From Macrostomum hystrix (taxonomy: Eukaryota; Animalia; Platyhelminthes), in NCBI GenBank assembly GCA_950097015.1, contig CATNEN010000012.1:2852001-2916000 (forward strand): a DNA stretch of 64,000 nt. Direction: 5' to 3'. Positions within the stretch are counted from its first letter, which is position 1. Every line of letters begins with the position of its first letter. Below, piece after piece: positions 1 through 13,300 of the stretch. The position numbers and the translations under genes are program-made. The notes beneath the pieces were generated by a model. It ran no database searches. It was given only the letters and a program-made list of their open reading frames with translations, and was not told the origin of the DNA.

Positions 1-3000
1 CCACTCTCCCTCCGATCTCCCCCACTCTCTCTTCGATGTCCCACTCTCCCTCCGATCTCCCCACTCTCCCTCCGATCTCCCCCACTCTCCCTCCGATCTC
101 CCACTCTCCCTCCGATCTCCCCCACTCTCCCTCCGATCTCCCCCACTCTCTCTTCGATGTCCCACTCTCCCTCCGATCTCCCCCACTCTCCCTCCGATCT
201 CACCACTCTCTCTTTGATGTCCCCACTCTCCCTCCGATCTCCCCCACTCTCTCTTCGATGTCCCACTCTCCCTCCGATCTCCCCACTCTCCCTCCGATCT
301 CCCCCACTCTCCCTCCGATCTCCCCCACTCTCTCCGATCTCACCACTCTCCCTCCGATCTCCCCCACTCTCTCTCCAATGTCCCCACTCTCTCTCCGATC
401 TCCCCACTCTCCCTCCGATCTCCCCCACTCTCCCTCCGATCTCCCCCACTCTCTCCGATCTCACCACTCTCCCTCTGATCTCCCCCACTCTCTCTCCAAT
501 GTCCCCACTCTCTCTCCGATCTCACCACTCTCTCTCTCCAATGTCCCCACTCTCCCTCCGATCTCCCCCCACTCTCCCTCCGATCTCCCCCACTCTCCCT
601 CCGATCTCCCCCACTCTCTCCGATCTCACCACTCTCCCTCCGATCTCCCCCACTCTCTCTCCAATGTCCCCACTCTCCCTCCGATCTCCCCCACTCTCCC
701 TCCGATCTCCCCCACTCTCTCCGATCTCACCACTCTCCCTCCGATCTCCCCCACTCTCTCTCCAATGTCCCCACTCTCTCTCCGATCTCACCACTCTCTC
801 TCTCCAATGTCCCCACTCTCCCTCCGATCTCCCCCACTCTCCCTCCGATCTCCCCCACTCTCTCCGATCTCACCACTCTCCCTCCGATCTCCCCCACTCT
901 CTCTCCAATGTCCCCACTCTCTCTCCGATCTCACCACTCTCTCTCTCCAATGTCCCCACTCTCTCTCCGATCTCACCACTCTCTCTCCGATCTCACCACT
1001 CTCTCTCCAATCTCCCCACTCTCCCTCCGATCTCCCCCACTCTCCCTCCGATCTCCCCCACTCTCTCCGATCTCACCACTCTCCCTCCGATCTCCCCCAC
1101 TCTCTCTCCAATGTCCCCACTCTCTCTCCGATCTCACCACTCTCTCTCTCTCCAATGTCCCCACTCTCTCTCCGATCTCACCACTCTCTCTCCGATCTCA
1201 CCACTCTCTCTCCGATCTCACCACTCTCTCTCCGATGTCTCCACTCTCCCTCCGATCTCCCCCACTCTCCCTCCGATCTCCCCCACTCTCCCTCCAATCT
1301 CCCCCACTCTCCCTCTGATCTCCCACTCTCTCCCTCCGATCTCCCCCACTCTCTCTCCAATGTCCCCACTCTCTCTCCGATTTCCCCACTCTCCCTCCGA
1401 TCTCCCCCACTCTCCCTCCGATCTCCCCCACTCTCTCCGATCTCACCACTCTCCCTCCGATCTCCCCCACTCTCTCTTCAATGTCCCCACTCTCTCTCCG
1501 ATCTCACCACTCTCTCTCTCCAATGTCCCCACTCTCCCTCCGATCTCCCCCACTCTCCCTCCGATCTCCCCCACTCTCCCTCCGATCTCCCCCACTCTCT
1601 CCGATCTCACCACTCTCCCTCCGATCACCCCCACTCTCTCTCCAATGTCCCCACTCTCTCTCCGATCTCACCACTCTCTCTCCGATCTCACCACTCTCCC
1701 TCTGATCTCCCACTCTCTCCCTCCGATCTCCCCCACTTTCCCTCCGATCTCCCCCACTCTCTCTCCGATCTCATCACTCTCCCTCATATCTCCCCCACTC
1801 TCCCTCCGATCTCCCCCACTCTCCCTCCGATCTCCCACTCTCCCTCCGATCTCCCCCACTCTCCCTCCGATCTCCCCCACTCTCTCTTCGATGTCCCACT
1901 CTCCCTCCGATCTCCCCCACTCTCCCTCCGATCTCACCACTCTCTCTTTGATGTCCCCACTCTCCCTCCGATCTCCCCCACTCTCTCTTCGATGTCCCAC
2001 TCTCCCTCCGATCTCCCCACTCTCCCTCCGATCTCCCCCACTCTCCCTCCGATCTCCCCCACTCTCTCCGATCTCACCACTCTCCCTCCGATCTCCCCCA
2101 CTCTCCCTCCGATCTCCCCCACTCTCTCCGATCTCACCACTCTCCCTCTGATCTCCCCCACTCTCTCTCCAATGTCCCCACTCTCTCTCCGATCTCACCA
2201 CTCTCTCTCTCCAATGTCCCCACTCTCCCTCCGATCTCCCCCCACTCTCCCTCCGATCTCCCCCACTCTCCCTCCGATCTCCCCCACTCTCTCCGATCTC
2301 ACCACTCTCCCTCCGATCTCCCCCACTCTCTCTCCAATGTCCCCACTCTCCCTCCGATCTCCCCCACTCTCCCTCCGATCTCCCCCACTCTCTCCGATCT
2401 CACCACTCTCCCTCTGATCTCCCCCACTCTCTCTCCAATGTCCCCACTCTCTCTCCGATCTCACCACTCTCTCTCTCCAATGTCCCCACTCTCCCTCCGA
2501 TCTCCCCCCACTCTCCCTCCGATCTCCCCCACTCTCCCTCCGATCTCCCCCACTCTCTCCGATCTCACCACTCTCCCTCCGATCTCCCCCACTCTCTCTC
2601 CAATGTCCCCACTCTCCCTCCGATCTCCCCCACTCTCCCTCCGATCTCCCCCACTCTCTCCGATCTCACCACTCTCCCTCCGATCTCCCCCACTCTCTCT
2701 CCAATGTCCCCACTCTCTCTCCGATCTCACCACTCTCTCTCTCCAATGTCCCCACTCTCCCTCCGATCTCCCCCACTCTCCCTCCGATCTCCCCCACTCT
2801 CTCCGATCTCACCACTCTCCCTCCGATCTCCCCCACTCTCTCTCCAATGTCCCCACTCTCTCTCCGATCTCACCACTCTCTCTCTCCAATGTCCCCACTC
2901 TCTCTCCGATCTCACCACTCTCTCTCCGATCTCACCACTCTCTCTCCGATCTCACCACTTTCTCTCCGATGTCTCCACTCTCCCTCCGATCTCCCCCACT

Positions 3001-3532
3001 CTCCCTCCGATCTCCCCCACTCTCCGTCCGATCTCCCCCACTCTCTCTCCAATGTCCCCACTCTCTCTCCGATCTCCCCACTCTCCCTCCGATCTCCCCC
3101 ACTCTCCCTCCGATCTCCCCCACTCTCTCCGATCTCACCACTCTCCCTCCGATCTCCCCCACTCTCTCTCCAATGTCCCCACTCTCTCTCCGATCTCACC
3201 ACTCTCTCTCTCTCCAATGTCCCCACTCTCTCTCCGATCTCACCACTCTCTCTCCGATCTCACCACTCTCTCTCCGATCTCACCACTCTCTCTCCGATGT
3301 CTCCACTCTCCCTCCGATCTCCCCCACTCTCCCTCCGATCTCCCCCACTCTCCCTCCGATCTCCCCCACTCTCCCTCTGATCTCCCACTCTCTCCCTCCG
3401 ATCTCCCCCACTTTCCCTCCGATCTCCCCCACTCTCTCTCCGATCTCACCACTCTCCCTCATATCTCCCCCACTCTCCCTCCGATCTCCCCCACTCTCCC
3501 TCCGATCTCCCCACTCTCTCTCCGATCTCCCC
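1..3532. repeat. ~21-bp satellite/minisatellite array (CCCCACTCTCCCTCCGATCTC and variants), truncated by the window start
   Basis: Continuous tandem copies with variant units (..CTCCAATGT, ..CTTCGATGT, ..CTCACCA). The LPPISPT/SLRSPPL translations reflect the 7-codon period. Confidence 0.97.
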
Positions 3533-4502
3533 TCTTTTTGCGATATCCCACTCTGCCGCCACTCTCTAATCTCCCCTCAATCTCTCTGATACAGAATGAA
3601 ACGCAAGTTAAAGTACACAGTATGTTTAATCAATGTTTCGCACTGCAAGCGTAGAAACTTTGGCCCTTACCCTGCTTGGTAGGGTACTATAATTAATTGC
3701 AGTTTTCGGTCTCCGAAAGAAATTGGACAATTTCCATTCCAATCTAGGCCACTATTATTATTCCTTTCCAGCATTAGCATCTGGCATACGTAGAGCACCT
3801 TGAGTACCTAACACTGAGGGGTGTCGCCTCCCGCAATATGCAATTTTTAAATGAGCACCCTTTCTTAGAAAACGCGCACCGTCTTCTCTTTGCTTGACTT
3901 ATCGCTGTCCTCGGTCTGAGCCCTTTGGCTTTTTGGATGGGACTGGGGGGTGGGGTGGTGTCACGAATGTTGTGCCTGAGCTGCTGCGGACAATGGGCTA
4001 ACAGAAATGAGCTGCGCGCCTAGAGAGAAACTGACAATATAAAAAAATTGAATAGAAAAGGAAAAAACTCCAAGACACCGCGACTTGAGTCCCCTCTGTT
4101 CATGCTTTCTGTCAAGCGGAGAGAACCCTGATTGTCTCGGACCGCAGCCTCTAAGGACAGCGTTTCGATGCCACTTTCACCGCCTTTAGAAGAAGAAATC
4201 TGGAAATGATGCCCCACAAGCGTGCGTGCAACGATATAAATCATTTTCTTTTCACCTACAACAGCCCCTGCTTCCACTGGGCTCTGTGCTAAATCTTTAG
4301 CAAAAGCATGCTGGCCCTTGTTTTTATTACTTCATTTTCATTCTCCACCTTTTCGCTTCACTGACTCAATTCCATTTTCACCGCCGTCTGCAGTGGTGTC
4401 TTGCTTGGCAGTGGGCACTCTTCATTGCGTTAACCCCATGCAGCCAGACACTATAATGCCGCTTGGGTCAACACATACTGTCTGTAACAACAATAGACAG
4501 AG

Positions 4503-4918
<416 letters not shown>

Positions 4919-6128
4919 ATGATTCGTTTGTCACCCAGTTTGTGGTCAGGTGTTTGGCAACATCTGGCCAGCGAACCTGGCTATTTTCAAACAATGGAAT
5001 TAGTTCACAGCTCGGCTAAATTCGAGTCAAATCGAAATTAGTTTTTTCCACCACTCTTGCCTTTAGCGTTGACGCATTGCATTATTCCCAATCTGGTCTC
5101 CATGCATTTCTGAATGTCATTTATTTTCCTTCCTGGAACCTTTGTTTTTTATTTCTGTATTTTAGTTCAGAAAACGATATATTCGATTATCTTATTCTGT
5201 TTTCTAAACCGTATGATTAATTAGTTTTGCCATGAATAATAATGTGGCAGTTTCTATAGCGTACGATATATTGCAAAAAATAGATCATTAATATTATTTG
5301 ACTTCAAGTTCGATCGAAATATCAAATCGAGCCCACTTCGCAACAGTTATGGCCATAGACGATATTGGCTTCGAAGAATAATAAAAGATTTAGATAGTAA
5401 ACATTTTGACTGGCAAACAAAGGGCATGAATAAATTATTCTTATTTCGTTGATCTGATTGTAACTTTTTTTTCACAACTTTTTACTAAAACTATTTTTTT
5501 CTAGGTCCACGGTTAAAGCAAAAGTAAGGTTCCATTTTTCTGTGTTTCCTGGAATGTCTATGGCCGAAACCTTCAGCTATATAACATACTCTCATATTCT
5601 TGTTCGCTCCACTTCACATGTGCTTCCGTTATTTGTTTTTGAAAAACAATTATTGCCACCTTTTACGGGCCGCAATATCTACGGTTGAGAAAATTTGCAG
5701 TGTCTATTCGTCTCCTTAAATAGGAGTTACGGACTGTACGGCCCCGCTTCTATGTCTTTAACTCTGCAGGGGGGAGTCGGCAGCGGTAGAGGTGTAGCAA
5801 AGATCTCGCATTTCAGTTATCCCATTCCCAACCTGTTCTATCAATTTCTATGGCCTGCAAGGTGAAAATAATGTATGGTGAAAGATGACACCCAGGCCAG
5901 GGGAACCTCAACTTACAACTGGTTGAGCACAGTTGGAGCTTGATTCGCTAGATAAATCCCCACTACTAACACGCCCACATCCTCAAAGTTTTTAATAATT
6001 TTATTGCAGTTGGAAAAGTCTGCTATGAATAAAATCATTTTAAATCTTGAATGACAACATGTAGGAAGAAAACAGGATTATCTGATAATTAGCTCATCCA
6101 TATGCTTAGATAATCTTTTCGTTTAAGT

Positions 6129-6787
6129 TGACAATCTCATTGGTCCATTTGATAATCTCATAGTTCCATTTGATAATCTCATAGTTCCATTTGATAATCT
6201 TATAGTTCCATTTGATAATCTTATAGTTCCATTTGATAATCTCATAGTTCCATTTGATAATCTTATAGTTCCATTTGATAATCTTATAGTTCCATTTGAT
6301 AATCTCTTAGTTCCATTTGATAATCTCATAGTTCCATTTGATAATCTCACTGTTCGATTTGATAATCTCACTGTTCGATTTGATAATCTCACTGTTCGAT
6401 TTGATAATCTCACTGTTCGATTTGATAATCTCCCTGTTCGATTTGATAATCTCACTGTTCGATTTGATAATCTCCCTGTTCGATTTGATAATCTCACTGT
6501 TCGATTTGATAATCTCCCTGTTCGATTTGATAATCTCCCTGTTCGATTTGATAATCTCACTGTTCGATTTGATAATCTCCCTGTTCGATTTGATAATCTC
6601 ACTGTTCGATTTGATAATCTCCCTGTTCGATTTGATAATCTCACTGTTCGATTTGATAATCTCCCTGTTCGATTTGATAATCTCACTGTTCGATTTGATA
6701 ATCTCACTGTTCGATTTGATAATCTCACTGTGCAATTTGATAATCTCACTGTGCAATTTGATAATCTCATCGTTCGATTTGATAATT
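6129..6787. repeat. 21-bp minisatellite (ATTTGATAATCTCACTGTTCG; left part ATTTGATAATCTCATAGTTCC)
   Basis: About 31 tandem units with two variant blocks. Confidence 0.96.
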
Positions 6788-7356
6788 TCGTCCTGATTTG
6801 TAATAGACCAATTTGTACAATTATCGCAAACAAATTTACAGCCGGCATTGTCTACTGGTCTATAAGTGGAGTTCCCATAAACCTATTTGCGTCTGCAAAG
6901 TCAAGCCAACCAAATTAGCCAATGAAACGCCTGATTAGGTTTAGTAATAGAGCGAGTAAAAAGTCATGAAATTAGATTGCCTCAAAATCTGCCTGTTTTC
7001 AAGCAGCTGCGTCTGTCTGGCAACTGCCGGGTGAAAATCTAGCTTTGATCGGGATGTGTCAGTTCTTTTGAGTCGCTGGGATATTGCCAAATAACCAACC
7101 GTTACTAAACAGGCCCGCAACCTGCTCACTACCGCGCTTAATCCCGTTGACACATGCCGACGAACGGGCGCATCTGAAAAGTCAAATCATTTAACATCGA
7201 CGCAAAGGAGACTCTGGCGAGTAGCCCGCATTTCTACCTGATTGCATTCAGAAATTTAATATTGCGCCACCGCTGGTCTGCTCAAAAGCTGAGCTATCGG
7301 TCTAATTCTTTGAATCTGAAATTTGCGGATTTCCGGAAGACAGTATAGAAAAATTT

Positions 7357-8017
7357 AGTGGGAGAGAATGGGAGTGAGAAAGAGTGGGAGAGAGAGTGGG
7401 AGTGAGTAGGAGAGAGTGGGAGAGTGGGAGAGAGTGGGAGAGTGGGAGAGAGAGTGAGAGATTGAGAGAGTGGGAGAGAATGAGAGAGTGGGAGAGATTG
7501 AGAGAGTGGGAGAGAGAGTGAGAGAGAATAGGAGAGAGTGGGAGAGTGGGAGAGATTGAGAGAGTGGGAGAGATTGAGAGAGTGGGAGAGATTGAGAGAG
7601 TGGGAGAGAGAGTGGGAGAGAGTGGGAGAGTGAGAGAGAATAGGAGAGAGTGGGAGAGTGGGAGAGTGGGAGAGATTGAGAGAGTGGGAGAGAATGGGAG
7701 AGGGTGGGAGAGAGTGGGAGAGAGTAGGAGAGAGTGGGAGAGTGAGAGAGAATGGGAGAGAGTGGGAGAGTGAGAGAGAATGGGAGAGAGTGGGAGAGTG
7801 AGAGAGAATGGGAGAGAGTGGGAGAGTGAGAGAGAATGGGAGAGGGTGGGAGAGAGTGGGAGAGAGTGGGAGAGAATAGGAGAGGGTGGGAGAGAGTGGG
7901 AGAGAATGGGAAAGGGTGGGAGAGAATGGGAGAGAATGGGAGAGTGGGAGAGAGGGAGAAAGGGAGAGAGAGCGGGAGAGTGGGAGAGAATGAGAGACTG
8001 GGAGAGATTGAGAGAGA
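7357..8017. repeat. GA-rich low-complexity repeat (GGGAGAGAGT-like units)
   Basis: Nearly pure purine + strand with irregular 8-12 nt units. Confidence 0.93.
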
Positions 8018-9344
8018 GTTTGGACATAAATTTCAGGGGAAAGGGCAGTTGATATGTCCAACATTTCCTGTTCCAGCAAGCTTTCCCAAGAACACATCCG
8101 TCCGCATTTTTTGACTCTCTCCTGAAAGGAATCTAATGCTCGACAAGCGATGCGACTTCCTCTTTTTTCATGTAAAATTTCATAAACGTACAAGTAGCGA
8201 AGTTGATAAAACTGACCGACTCAAACTATTGGTAGTCTCTGTCTCAAGGTGGTCTCGCAAACTCTCCCACTGCCACTTCTTCCTCCTCAAAATTCACTAA
8301 AAAATCCCCATTTTAGCCACGCCCCACATTTCCCTGGCGTCAGTCAGCCGTCAACAATTCTGACGTTTTCCTTCCGAAACGAATTTTCTAGCCAAACTCT
8401 TCATAAGAGAGAAAGAGAGAAACAGGGGAGACCAGTGACTTCTGCGTGGCGTCGTGTGGATAGGTCCGAGAACTCCCTAGATAGGTCTAGAACAGTTCGA
8501 CAACCGGCTATTTCTCGGACCATTTCACTCAAATCTGGTCACTCAACCTGCAACTGCGACGCCATGCGCGGTTTAGTTTGGATATGAATGAAATTTGATT
8601 ATTAATTGACTAAATATAGGATTCAGTAGTGAAGAGACAGTGATTTGGTGTCTATTCTGTAAACACCCCGAACACTCTCGTGCTACACACAAAATCCCTC
8701 CAATCATTATTGGGGCCCATCACCTGTCAAACACTGGATTCAACATTTAACACGCCAAGTTATTTTTGACATCTCACCGTCTACTTAATCAATGAATTCC
8801 CAATAGACCCTGTGGCTTCATAAGCAGATACGAGATGTAATAAATCTATTGTGCTTCCTGATTTTCTATGCCAAAGCAAGCCAAAACATGCTTTCACACA
8901 CTGGCACATCTGAGGACACTGAATTCACAGGTAAAACCGTATTTTCACCCTTAAGGCTAGTAACTTATTCAACACACTCTTGCGTGTGTCTGCAAGTGTA
9001 ATACCCCCTTTTCTGCATATTGTTTTCTTTTCTTGAAATGTTTTTTTGCTTGCGGGCAGGTAAGAGAAGAAAAAGATTTTTTTGAGCTCACTTTGAGCTG
9101 TCTTCGCATCACGTATTCCTTGTGCAACAATTGCCAAACACCGCCCACTTGTGAATTGCCGCTAATTTGTTTGTAAGAAATGCGGGGCCTCAGGGCTTGC
9201 TTAACGGAAAACTTCAGCGGCAGTGAATAAAACAGAGAAATTATGCAGAGTTGTTGTCTTCAAACTCTTTTTAGAAGCAAAAGCCGGAAATGCAAATATT
9301 GTAGAAACAATGCGAACACGAATTGCAAACACTTTGGCTGTAAT

Positions 9345-11133
9345 TAAGCTCTGCCACCCCCCATAGACTGTCATTGAGCTCTGTCACTCCCATAGACTGT
9401 CATTGAGCTCTGTCACTCCCATAGACTGTCATTGAGCTCTGTCACTCCCATAGACTGTCATTGAGCTCTGTCACTCCCATAGACTGTCATTGAGCTCTGT
9501 CACTCCCATAGACTGTCATTGAGCTCTGTCACTCCCATAGACTGTCATTAAGCTCTGCCACCCCCCATAGACTGTCATTGAGCTCTGTCACTCCCATAGA
9601 CTGTCATTGAGCTCTGTCACTCCCATAGACTGTCATTGAGCTCTGTCACTCCCATAGACTGTCATTGAGCTCTGTCACTCCTATAGACTGTCATTGAGCT
9701 CTGTCACTCCCATAGACTGTCATTGAGCTCTGTCACTCCCATAGACTGTCATTGAGCTCTGTCACTCCCATAGACTGTCATTGAGCTCTGTCACTCCTAT
9801 AGACTGTCATTGAGCTCTGTCACTCCCATAGACTGTCATTGAGCTCTGTCACTCCCATAGACTGTCATTAAGCTCTGTCACTCCCATAGACTGTCATTGA
9901 GCTCTGTCACTCCCATAGACTGTCATTGAGCTCTGCCAACCCCCATAGACTGTCATTGAGCTCTGTCACTCCCATAGACTGTCATTGAGCTCTGTCACTC
10001 CCATAGACTGTCATTAAGCTCTGCCACCCCCCATAGACTGTCATTGAGCTCTGTCACTCCCATAGACTGTCATTGAGCTCTGTCACTCCCATAGACTGTC
10101 ATTGAGCTCTGTCACTCCTATAGACTGTCATTGAGCTCTGTCACTCCCATAGACTGTCATTGAGCTCTGCCAACCCCCATAGACTGTCATTGAGCTCTGT
10201 CACTCCCATAGACTGTCATTGAGCTCTGTCACTCCCATAGACTGTCATTAAGCTCTGCCACCCCCCATAGACTGTCATTGAGCTCTGTCACTCCCATAGA
10301 CTGTCATTGAGCTCTGTCACTCCCATAGACTGTCATTGAGCTCTGTCACTCCCATAGACTGTCATTGAGCTCTGTCACTCCCATAGACTGTCATTGAGCT
10401 CTGTCACTCCCATAGACTGTCATTGAGCTCTGTCACTCCCATAGACTGTCATTGAGCTCTGTCACTCCCATAGACTGTCATTAAGCTCTGCCACCCCCCA
10501 TAGACTGTCATTGAGCTCTGTCACTCCCATAGACTGTCATTGAGCTCTGTCACTCCCATAGACTGTCATTGAGCTCTGTCACTCCTACAGACTGTCATTG
10601 AGCTCTGTCACTCCCATAGACTGTCATTGAGCTCTGCCAACCCCCATAGACTGTCATTGAGCTCTGTCACTCCCATAGACTGTCATTGAGCTCTGTCACT
10701 CCCATAGACTGTCATTAAGCTCTGCCACCCCCCATAGACTGTCATTGAGCTCTGTCACTCCCATAGACTGTCATTGAGCTCTGTCACTCCCATAGACTGT
10801 CATTGAGCTCTGTCACTCCTATAGACTGTCATTGAGCTCTGTCACTCCCATAGACTGTCATTGAGCTCTGTCACTCCCTAGACTGTCATTGAGCTCTGTC
10901 ACTCCCATAGACTGTCATTGAGCTCTGTCACTCCCATAGACTGTCATTGAGCTCTGTCACTCCCATAGACTGTCATTGAGCTCTGTCACTCCCATAGACT
11001 GTCATTGAGCTCTGTCACTCCCATAGACTGTCATTGAGCTCTGTCACTCCCATAGACTGTCATTGAGCTCTGTCACTCCCATAGACTGTCATTGAGCTCT
11101 GTCACTCCCATAGACTGTCATTGAGCTCTGTCA
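9345..11133. repeat. 29-bp minisatellite (CTCTGTCACTCCCATAGACTGTCATTGAG), ~61 copies
   Basis: Highly homogeneous direct tandem units with no spacers. Confidence 0.98.
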
Positions 11134-13044
11134 CTACCAACTACAGAATCTCGAGAATGTTATTCCCGCCCATAAACGTGCTGTTATAATTATTATAAAT
11201 TCAGTTTTTCTCAATTCTTGCAGCTCTATTCTTTATCCACAAAGGCTTTTCATCGTGCAACCCTCTGCTCCTTCCTTGGAGACGGTTGCTGCTTAGCTGC
11301 TTGTTAACTTGGCGACTAAAGCTAACTCATATTATTAGGGCGGGGAAAATGGGCGGAGAGCTGGGTCCTGGCAGATCCCTGTTTTCCAGCCGCAACCATC
11401 GGTCTTCCGCTTCCGGAAAGAAGCCGGAGGCAGACGGACCCAGCGGCAAATTTGCATTGCTCTTATTTTTTTCGTCTTGGAGAAAAGAATGAGAAAGAAG
11501 ACTCGGAGAATCTTTGAATCGGAACTCAAGGTAGGCGGAGTTTGATGGTAAATTTTCTATGGACTCAAAGCCAGCGGTGAATGAATGTGAATTATTTTCA
11601 ATGGTGTAACAGACAACCCACAATAGGGACACCCCGACCGAGAGCAGTATTTGGACAACAAGATAAGCTTTTAGAAGAACTTCATTGTAGTCTCAGAGAT
11701 GCTATTGTCCAAGAATATGCTGCAAAAGCTGCAAGCCAGAAATTAGCCAGAGGTGAATTTCTTCTCGATTGAAAAGAGGGAAATTATAAACATGCAGAAA
11801 TGCGCGAGACGAAAGCCTCGTTGAGACTTGCAACTCTCTTTCTTTTCTTCCCGACAATCCGGCAAAGCGGATGCTCTCAGTCCTGAAGCTGTCGGACCTC
11901 TGTCGGCTGTCACAATAGAGACAGTGCGGGCAGATACTGCTCAAAAGAGGATATTGGGATGAGGCGCCCTTTTCTTAGTTTAGAGAAGTTTTGCCCGCCG
12001 TCCTATTGAAGCTCTCAGCCAAAGTTAAGCCAAGCGAGTTGCAAGAAGTTTGCATTGCAGTTGAACAATTAGTCATTGTCACAAGAGAGCCGGGGGGGTG
12101 GCTGGGAGGCTAACTAGAATTGGGAACAGCTATAAGCGCCTATTTGTTCCCCCCGCAAGGATCAGACCAGGCTTGGAGAAGGATTTAATCTCTCTATATG
12201 GGGGATATGAGATCTGCCACTACACTTATTGCGCAGATAGCAGTTGCTGCCTCTGCCGCTGCTGCTGCTGCAATGAGAGCCGACTGGGGAGGCGGAGTTG
12301 GGGTTGGTCGGTCGGTAAACTCACTTATTTTGCAACAAAATAATCAAATACATTTCATAGAGACAGAGAGAGACAGAGAGAGACAGAGAGAGACAGAAGA
12401 CCTGCTGTGACAGGTGACACACACGGACCGCCAAAATGCTTCTGAGGGGAGTGGGGTCGGGTGCCTCTCCCGCGTGGAGTTTAACTTTAAGTCGGCGGCT
12501 TGATAGATAAGGGACCCCGACTGCTCAGCCGGGGGGGGGGAATGCGGGACTCATGGGATCATGAGGGTGGGGATTAGCCTGCCCGCTTGGCCGCCGCCGA
12601 GTTCACGGGGGCTGAAAGTGAGAAATCATTTTATATATTTCCTCTCTCTCCGCTGCAGAAATTGCGAAACAAAAAAGCCAACAATTGGCTTCTGCCTTCT
12701 CAGAAACATGCTCACGTGGGACGGAAAAACGGGGAAAAGTTAGGAAAGAATCCCAAATCCCGAGACTAAACCACGACAGCGCATTATGCCAGCTCCTTTA
12801 TATAATAAAATAATCCCCAGAACAGCTGGAGACAGGGCCGAAAGTAAATGGGATATTTTAGTCTTTCAAAAAGAAGAGAACAGGTGCAGCCCTTTCTGCT
12901 TTGATTTTTCCTTCTTTTTGTCTGCTCAATTTCCCCTGCGTACGGGAAAGGAACAAGAAGGCTTGGCGATTTAAACGAAATTGCTAGGAACCATCTTTCG
13001 ATGACAATACATATATACAATTATATTACTAATTAGTTTAATGT

Positions 13045-13300
13045 GGTCGGAGGTTCGATTCCCGACTCCACTGGAACAATTTGTGTCCTTTTAGCAAGAC
13101 ACTTAACTCTGCATTGCTTCAGTTCACCCAGCTGTTAAATGGGAACCAGCATCAGCTGGGCTAATTGAGGGTGGGTGTGGCGTCCCCCCAGTCCATGGAC
13201 TGAACAGCCGTATGCAGTCTTCAGGTGCGCCGCGCAAAAGATGCGGCTGTGCCTGTCGGCTGCACATCTGGCCCCATTGGGGCAGGTGTAATCAATAATA
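13045..13300 (+). mobile_element. tRNA-derived SINE family A (CORE-like), 5'-truncated copy
   Basis: B-box GGTTCGATTCC at the start; the body is highly similar to the reverse complement of 52701-53000; it ends GGGGCAGGTGTAATCA followed by an AT-rich tail. Confidence 0.87.

Noticed and set aside
36-3654. Long ORFs up to 793 aa (LPPISPT/SLRS repeats) and their antisense ORFs
   Set aside because: They are translations of a stop-poor 21-bp satellite in several frames on both strands. The same applies to ORFs over the arrays at 6.1, 7.3, 24.9, 26.2, 27.8, 29.5, 30.6, 31.5, 33.3, 39.4, 47.5, 50.0, 56.4, 59.2 and 61.5 kb.
3668-3686. Hairpin TACCCT-N7-AGGGTA followed by CTAT, Helitron/HINE-end-like
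   Set aside because: Single short stem with no second copy or matching other terminus in the window.
9345-11133. 29-33-bp repeats resembling CRISPR repeat lengths (also 38127, 59310, 61587)
   Set aside because: Units are directly adjacent with no unique spacers, there are no cas genes, and the context is eukaryotic.
7250-11944. Possible chain of - strand orphan exons (SICPHCLYCD.., GNSQVGGVWQLLHKEY.., ERVKKCGRMCSW.., IQRIRPIAQLL..)
   Set aside because: Needs weak donors (GTCCAA, GTTGCG) and has no recognisable domain; short stop-free frames are expected by chance.
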